Assembly: GCF_000002075.1 (NCBI RefSeq)
Contig: NW_004798023.1
Coordinates: 318,675-369,684, forward strand
Direction: 5' to 3'
Origin: Aplysia californica
Taxonomy: Eukaryota
DNA: 51,010 bases
Positions 12,601 to 21,600 of this stretch are shown here, piece by piece. A model generated the notes under the pieces. The model was given only the letters and a program-made list of their open reading frames with translations, was not told where the DNA came from and did no database searches. How positions within the stretch are numbered: position 1 is the first letter of the stretch; every line of letters starts with the position of its first letter. The position numbers and the translations under genes are program-made.

Positions 12601-15600
12601 TTTTCCATTTTTCGCAGAAAGTACACAGTCCGAAAAGGAAAAATGTCCAAAACTGCGACAGTGAAGAAGAACGTCTCACAGAGCATTTGGGTGCGAGAGG
12701 TCACCACAGAGGTGGAATTTTTTTTCAGATGTGTGCAGTCTGGTCAAGATGAAAAAACAACTTTTATTTGTGCTACAGAATTATATACACTTTGTGACCT
12801 TAGAGCTTTAAAGTTGTAGCTTCATATGATTTGTGCAGGAAAAAGGAAACAGCAGTTGAACTGAGTTGTGCATAATCAGTATCATTTCAAGGAACTCTTT
12901 CCTGAATGGTTGCTGACATTCTGTTATTATGAACAGTTCCTCTGCCCCCTCACAAACTTTTCTTTCTCTAGGGCCTGGGCACAGATGAGCAGGCCTTGGT
13001 GGAGATCTTGATGACTCGAACCAATGAGCAGATCAAAGAAATCAAAACTGCTTACCCCAATGGTAAGTGAGGTATACTGCATCGTTTCTATAGTAGCAGC
13101 CGTGCCTTCAGTAAATAATATGATATTCTGTTGTTTATTTTATGCCACTTTCAACACAAATAAGTTATAAAACTTATAAAAGGAGTGGGACTTCCGAATT
13201 GATGCCTGTCTTCAAGTTAATGAGGAGTTCTCAAAGAAAAGAATCCAAGCTCACTATGGTTTTTTTAAAGAATGCCAACAGTGTCATCTCAATACACAGC
13301 TGTGTATGATACTGACTGAGCTAATGGTACATCCACTGATAGATAGAAACCTTGAAGATCTGTATTTATTTTGAGAAGGCTGATTGGTGAGGGAATGATG
13401 TCTATCTGGTAGGCCTACAGAGTAGGGAAAGCATATGTTAACCAACATAATTGTTCTCAGCAGTGGAAACTTGTTGCTTTTTTATTTTCAAGCCATGTCT
13501 TGAAGGGATGCAATTCTCAGAAAGAGAAAGCATCTCAGGGGGTTCACAAATTGTATTTGTCAATTACAATTTGCATGCATGTGATATAAGCCCTTGGTAT
13601 AGTGACAGGATGAGGAGAGGTAGAGTATTTTGAATCTAGTAAGTACATTTATGTGTGACAAAGTCAATTTGAACACTTTCTTTTCTTCTACTTTTTTAGG
13701 CACTGCTGTTAGACTTATGTAAAACTCAGAAAAATTTTCCAGTAATTTTTCTAGCCATTCCACTCAACATGGTATCCTAATCATCTATCTTCTGTCATCA
13801 GTATAATCTTAAAAATATATAATAGTAGACATTTTACACCCACATCGACATCATTTAGATCTGTTGAGAGGCAGGCTGCTTTGACCCTACCTGTCAGGAC
13901 CAACCACAGCTAAGAGGGACACCATGTCGCAGCAGAATGCCGATCTCAATTTTAAAAAGCCTTCCAACATGGGAATTGAAGTCGTGTCTTCTACGTGCAA
14001 CAGCAAAGCACCTAACTGGTAAATCACAAATACAAGTGTAACAGTTAAGACTACCCTTGATAAAGATATATCATAATATATGGAATCCTGAAAGGTGATA
14101 AACTTTACATGTTCAAGTTGAAAATAGGTCATACAAATATGAATCATACGCTGTGGGATTAAGGTCCATTGGACAACTATCTGTGGAGTATTGACGCAGA
14201 ACGCATGAACAGAAGTAAGATATCGTTATTGTGTGAATTGACCTGCGTAAACTGTCTTATTTCCAGTTGTACATAAGAAGCGCACAGCCAAGAGCACGCA
14301 GTTTGAAAAGGACATCAAAGATGACACCAGTGGAGACTTCAAGCGCCTGCTACTGTCAGCATCCACAGTCAGTATTTTTCGATTTTAAAAAGTTTTTAAA
14401 ATGGAGCTAGAGCACATTCCAGACATTCAGTATGTGGTTTGTTGGTGTACTGGTGGACTCCAGTGTAAGTGTCTCTGGTTTGAATCCATAATAGAACATT
14501 CTCAGACTTGGGTTTGCTTGAGGAGTTTTTCTGTACTTCCACCCTCTTGGGATGGTCCTATCCGGAGTGATGCCATGTCAGCAGCTCCTTTTTTAAGGAC
14601 TTTATTGTTTTGAAAAGAGTATAAAACCGACGCCAAGGGCATCTAAATACATTCACCATTTGAATATTACGTTATCCATAGCTCTTGAAATATAAATTTT
14701 ATTGCTGTCCTACTATTGGGACTGATTTTATATTTGTCAAATTTTCTTTGCATTCCATTCATAAGATACCAATGTTGACTGACAAAAAACTGTACTTTTC
14801 AAATCTTTCTTATTGATGTAAATACCTATTGAGGGAACAAACTTTTCTTTGTTAAAGTCATATACATACATGCTATCATTTGTTTAAATGTCTCTCATAC
14901 TTATACACAATGTATTTCCTTTTTCAACATATATTTTAATTTACTGAATCCCAGCTATTTTTCACTTGACATTTTGGAATACTTGTTGGTCCTAGCTGTT
15001 TTACTTTGAATATTACCAGCTTTAGATTTATTGAATTGAAATTAGAATACCTGTACCTGTTTTTACACTGTTATCTAAAGACAGTTGATCTTAGTTAATC
15101 GAGTTATGAATGCTTGTGATTTAATTTTTCTCTTTAAAGTTTTAATTTTGTGGATCTCAATCAACATTAACATTGATTACCACGGAAAAGTACATGTATT
15201 ACTCTCCTGCTTCTTTATCATTCATATTTGATAGAGCATTACCGACATCTATTGTTCTTAATCTTGTCTTATAACTTATAAGCAGCAAGTGGCAAAAGCT
15301 TGAGAGAGGAAACGAGACTTTCTTTATAATATGTATGTAAATCTGTTAAAGTTTCATTTTCTCCTGGAGAATTTCCTTTACTGCTTCACACAGGATGTAG
15401 GCATTTTTTTCAGTAAGGAATTCATGCTTTTAAAAAAAAGCTTTATAATAAATAGTGATTTTCTTTTTCAGGTAAAGCTTTATAGTGATACTCTTTTTCA
15501 GATAAAGCTTTATAGTGATTTTATTTTTAAGATAAAAGAAACTTCATGGTGCCAAATGCGCTCAGCACATCATAAGGTCCTTGTTTTTTTGTGCTCTCAC

Positions 15601-18600
15601 TCTCTGTGTTGGGAAGAGAATGCTTTAAAAACTTTGCTCAATGTTTTGGTTCTAGGGTCGAAGGTACGAGATTTCCCAGCAGAGACTGGAACAAGCTGTG
15701 GAAGAAATGGTCAACCCACAGGACGGGGAGTTCACTGGTGCGTATACAATTGTGTCACAGCAAGGTACAAGAATCAGGCACTCGTCAATTTTTGGGCATA
15801 TTGAGACATTTGTATAATCTTATCTTAAAGTCTGCTCATTTGGTTTGCCTTTGGTGAAAAAAATACTCGTCTATCTTGAAAAGAAGTCTAGATATTTGCG
15901 AATAAAGGAGGTGGGAGTTGCCTGGTGTCAGAGGCAAAAAATATTACCTATCAGGGGTTTCTCCGAACTCCTGCCTGAATGATGATGTGTTGATGAGTCA
16001 AACTGTTGTTAGTATGAAAGTATTGGTATCTTGTTTCAGTAAAGCTGGCAAGTGTTTCATTTCCAGCCTGTGGTTGGGTATTTCTACACTTATAAGTGTA
16101 CTGACCCCAAATTTTGATGCCTTAAAAGTTATCACTATTCAGAATTAGCCAGTTACTAAATTAAAATTTCTGTGATCTATATAAAACACTTAGAAACTCT
16201 GTAATCCGAGAAATGGTAGGCACAAATGTCAAGCATCATATCCAACACGAAAGAATCAAATGGTTCGGACATCTCCTACGATTACCAACACACCATCCAG
16301 CACAACGTGTCTACCTCCAAAAATTCGATGGCAACAAGGCTAGAGGGTGACCGAGAAAGACCTGGATAGATGGAGTCAGGGAAACATTAACCACCCACGG
16401 CATCCCCCTGACCCAAGCTCTCCGGCTGGTGACAGAGAGACGTCTCTTTCTTCCCGCGACACCCAAAAGGGTATAAGCGGCGGATAAAAGTAAAAGTAAA
16501 GTAAAGTATATAAAACAGTGGGTACTTTTCCAGACATTGGATCCATGGTGGGTTTGACAAAATGTCTGAAAATCTTTTCATATGTGCATCAAAGGATTAC
16601 CATTTTAGAGAATACTTTCTTGTCTTTTGAGTAGCTATTCAATGATACTAATTTGAACTCTATCTTGAAAACCCACAGGCATGTTTGAAGTGAATTCCAC
16701 AAAACTGTGTGACATGGAGAAGGCTCGGCAGGAGGCACAACAACTATACAAGGCTGGTGAGAAACGCTGGGGAACTGACGAGGAAACGTTTAACCGCATC
16801 TTCTCCACACGAGACTACTATCAGCTGAGGGCAACTTGGGATGAGTACGTCAAGGTGAGTATGAGTAATGAAGTGTCATCGTTTTGATATGAAATCAAAG
16901 AACAGATAAGAGAAGGAGAAAAGAGGAGAAGGGTATGTGGAAGTAGAAAAAATGAGAAAACACTTGTTGTACAGTGAATTCCCTTATTTTTATGTAAATG
17001 ACAATTTTGATTTATCTGAAACAACAGCTAAACTGTGATAAGTATTAAGAAATCTTATTTGTTTCTGGTTTTTGTGTTAATGTAAGTAGCAGTCTGAACT
17101 TTGTCTTTTTGTATTTTTTCCTGCAGATCACCCAAAGAGACATTCTGAACAGTGTGGACAGGGAGACTTCGGGGAATTTCCGTACTGGCCTCAGAGCTTT
17201 AGGTAAATGATAAACTTCTTTTGATAAAAGGTGATGATTTTACACATATCTCAGAATATATGGTGAAATCTTGGTATATATTAGGTAGCGTAAACACGGC
17301 CTCGCGGGCACTCGCAGGCACTCGGGGCCTTCCGACCGCGTGGTATCGGTGAAATCGGGGTAATTCCGATCACTGTTTCTTTGCTCTTTCGCTATAAAAC
17401 ACCACATGCTGTACACCTTGTAAAAGTTCAGCTTTTCCTCGTTACAATGGTGTAAGTTGTTTTTATGTCCGATTATTAGGAGCTGGAGAATCGCTGACAA
17501 AAGCAAGGCCCCTCGTGGTCGGAATGCATGGTCGGCCGGCTGAAAAATTGACACGCGTGCATTCAAATGCTTCGCAGAACGAGGGATGATTAAATATCGT
17601 CTTTTCATTGGCGGAGAACTGTAGAGCTTTAAACGGGCTTTCCCGTGGTGTATATTTGGCCTTTGGCGTCTAAATAGAAAGCTTTTAAAAATACCGTCAA
17701 AATGTTTAAAGATCACTTTTTACACAAAATATGTAAAATACCGGCTTGAAAAAAGTATTGATTAAAAGATCAGCTTATTTTCTATTAGAATAAAGTAATC
17801 AACTTGAAATTATTTTTCATCAATCCTTCTGCGAGACTCCGAAAGCATGTTACCCCGCACGCAGGGTACACTACAGTATAGAGCCGACTCGCTCGCCGCG
17901 GGGGCCGGTACGGCGCCGCCCGGGACAACGCTCGGTGTTTTTGTCGAAATAATGACAGATCATCGTGTTTGAGGCAATAAAATATTGATTTGTAATGATC
18001 TCACAGTCTGAAGAAAAATTAGGCTCCATATATTTGTTATAGTGATTGTACTCTGTTAATGTGGAGATGTTTAGTGCTCTTGGTACTCTTTTATTGTCTG
18101 TCAAACATGGGCTTGCAGCCAGTGACTGACTTTAACAAATTTGATCAAATTTTAAACAACTACCAGTTTCTTAAAAATTGACTGAGAGCTTAAAGAATGG
18201 TACCAAAATGCTCAGTGGATATAGGCCTTTCAAATGGAACAGATAAATTTGGCATACAGCTACTTTGAAAATTTAGTTTCTGGTACCTATATACAGTGGA
18301 AACCATATATAACAGGCCCGGTAATAACAGGGATCCGGTAATAACAGGGATTTTTAAAATTCCCGTTTTTCCTACTCTTTGTCTCTATTAAAAGTTATCG
18401 GCAATGACAGGGCCTCATTGGAGTCCAACCGGTTATAGCAGGGACAAAGGCTCGTTAACAATGTGTAAAAAGTAAAAGAGAGAGAGAGAGAGAGAGTAAC
18501 GCAGTGATGGAGCAAGCCCACGCAAGCCACGCCACTGCGAGCACTTGCAGCGTGTGAAGCGAGAGAGTGTTGCGGTGTGCTGCAGACCTCGATCTAGCCT

Positions 18601-21600
18601 GAAACCTAGCAACACGCACGCGTAATGTGTCACCAACGATGTCAAGCGCAAGAGAAAATGCCTTTCAATTGACAAAAACCCCCCCGAAATAATCCAGGCT
18701 GTTGACATAAAGCAAGCTCCACAGGCAGAGATTTGTTGTCAGTTCGACATTCCACAAGGGTCGATTCACACCATTATCAAGGGTAGAGAGAAGATAGTGG
18801 CAGCATACTCCACTGGGAAGTTTGTTCTGGATCGAAAGAAGATGAGACTGCGCGATGCAGATGCTGTGGACCAAGCTCTTCTGATGTGGTGGAGGCAAGG
18901 AGAAAGTTGGTGCCAAAACCCCTGTTCGTGGGTACTTGTGGCAAGGGTAACTACCCTGAAAAAGTACAGCTGGATTAGTCCACAAATGCTTACTTTCCTA
19001 GCATTTCTGATTTAACAGGGATTGGATATAACAGGACATTTTCTCTACTCCCACCATCCCTGTTATATCAGGTTTCCACTGTATATATATCCATTACCAA
19101 AGTGCTTACCTGGAGCCTCATGCCACTCACACCGAATTAACAAAAATGCTTCTTAAAATCTTATTGGGACTAGTACTTTACTTGTAGCAGTTGTAAATAA
19201 CGATTCTCCCATTTTGTTTAATCGCATAGGCTCAAACATTTACCTCAGCCCGCGTTTTAGCTGGAGAGTGGTTTTGTTTGTTTCATGAGACCACTATGAC
19301 ATTTGTACTGAGAGTTATGAATTGGGTTATGAATCTCAAAAGCATTCTTACACTTTGTTATTCTGATAACTTGTTTAATGTTTCTTCATCAGTCATGAAC
19401 ATCCGTAGTCGCCCGATGTTCTTCGCTGAAAAACTTCGGGACTCGATGAAGGGACTTGGAACTGATGAGAGAACACTTATACGAATCATAGTCTCCCGAT
19501 CTGAGGTAAGTGCTTTTGTTTTTCCCTTATTATAAATGAAGACCTGAGAACAACACCATGGCCAAGTCACATTTAGATGATTTTGGGAAAATGAGCAAAA
19601 ACCTTATGGGTGACCTTATTTAGGCCACATATGGCCTAAATAAGCTAAACCCCCCTCCCTTACCTTCTTTAGGCCACACCTTTATACAAAGTCACAGAAA
19701 TATTCCTTTTGTGCTTATTGAGGTACAGTGCAGGGTGATTTTACCTGCAAGGATAATTGGACAAAATGGGCAAAATCTTTATTGCTAATGGTCATATGTA
19801 GACAAATCCTATATCATTGTCTTTTTTTTTTTCTTAACTGCTCATGGTTATTAAAGAGTAGGCCAACTAGGTAGTAATTTCGGATTCCTAATACTAATAT
19901 TATTATGGGCATTCTTAAAATTTTTTAACTTGTTTTTAGCGCTTTTCTCAATGTAAAACGGATTCCGAAAAAACCCCCAATGACCTTACCTTTCTTTTTC
20001 AAAGTATTGTGCATATATTTGTGTGAAACTATATATTCTATGCTTTCATGTACATGAAAAAAGCTAATAAAGGCAAGCAAAATGTTCTTCAGAGACATAG
20101 ATCTAGTAGTTGGCCCACTGAATTTTTTTTATTAACCGGGAAAGATGACCAGAAAATAACAAAATTATTTTATGATCTTCACTTGCACTTGCAATTTTTT
20201 TGATAAATTATAGTCTACCTCATTGTCTTTTTTTCCCATCATTTTTCTTCACTATTCATGACAACTGGCATGTATTGTTTTCAGTTATTATCAAGAAAGT
20301 GGATAGGCGGACTACGGGGTCTATCTAGCCAAAAGGATAGGTGGACCCCGGGGTCTACCTAACAAAATGCTAGGATTTAGGATGTGAACCCTAGAGTCAG
20401 CGTAGTCAAATAAGTAGATCTAGGTTTAACTAAGGATCAGTGGACCCCCGGGTCAACATAGTGAAATAAGTAGATCTCAGTTTATTTTATAGTAGGACTG
20501 GCGGAGCCCGTGGTCAACGTAGTGAAATTATAAGTAGATATAGGTTTAATTAAGGATTGGTGGACCCCGGGGTCAACGTAGTGAAATCAGTAGATCTAGG
20601 TTTAATTAAGGATTGGTGGACCCTGGGGTCAATGTAGTGAAATAAGTAGCCTACATGTAGATCTAGGTTTTATTTTAAGGATTGGGGGACCCTGGAGTCA
20701 ACGTAGTGAAATAGGTAGGTTTAAGGTGGACCCCAGGGTCTACCTAACGAAATGCTAGTTAGGTTTTTAGAATAGGTGGAACCTGCGGTCACCGTAGTAA
20801 AATAAGTAGGTTTAATCTAGGTGCCCCGGGGGTCCACCAATCCTTAATTAAACCTTCTTATTCCTCTACCGCTATGGTGACTCCGGGGTCCACCAATCCT
20901 TTTAAAATTAACCCTACTTATTTCACTACGCTGACCCCGGGGTCCACCAATCTTTAAAGAAACATACTTATTTCACTACAGTGACCCCGGGGTCGACCTG
21001 TCCTAAAACCTAGTATTTCGCTAGGTAGACCCCGGGGTCCACCTTAAACCTGCTTATTTATCACTACGTTGACCCCGGGGTCCACCAATCCTTACTTAAA
21101 CCAAACCTTATTTCACTACGATGACTCCGCGGTTCACATCCTAAAACCTAGTATTTTGCTCTGCAGACCCCGGAGTCCACCTATCCTCTTCAGGACTAAA
21201 CTATTATCAATTTGAAATTTTCATTGATTAGCATTAAAAAAAAAAAATATTGAATCAGAGACTCGCTGTCTAAAAAGTCCACTGCTAATGCTATTCTTTT
21301 CAAAGAAAATGGCACAATTTGATTTTATGACATGTTGAAAAAAAAGAGTTTGAAAAATATCCCGAAAACNNNNNNNNNNNNNNNNNNNNNNNNNNNNNNN
21401 NNNNNNNNNNNNNNNNNNNNNNNNNNNNNNNNNNNNNNNNNNNNNNNNNNNNNNNNNNNNNNNNNNNNNNNNNNNNNNNNNNNNNNNNNNNNNNNNNNNN
21501 NNNNNNNNNNNNNNNNNNNNNNNNNNNNNNNNNNNNNNNNNNNNNNNNNNNNNNNNNNNNNNNNNNNNNNNACTGAGCAGAGGCTTACAATGTAAATTCT

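Noticed and set aside
15858-15940. Sequence shared with 43985-44070
   Set aside because: Dispersed repeat fragment; termini and family could not be established.
17240-18104. 158-aa and 77-aa - strand ORFs in an annexin intron
   Set aside because: No recognisable domain; a CpG-rich stretch that is probably an unclassified transposon remnant, with ends I could not define.
20300-21190. CRISPR-like array of palindromic repeats
   Set aside because: The sequence between the palindromes is itself repeated (no unique spacers), the array is inverted about its centre, there are no cas genes, and it lies in a eukaryotic intron.
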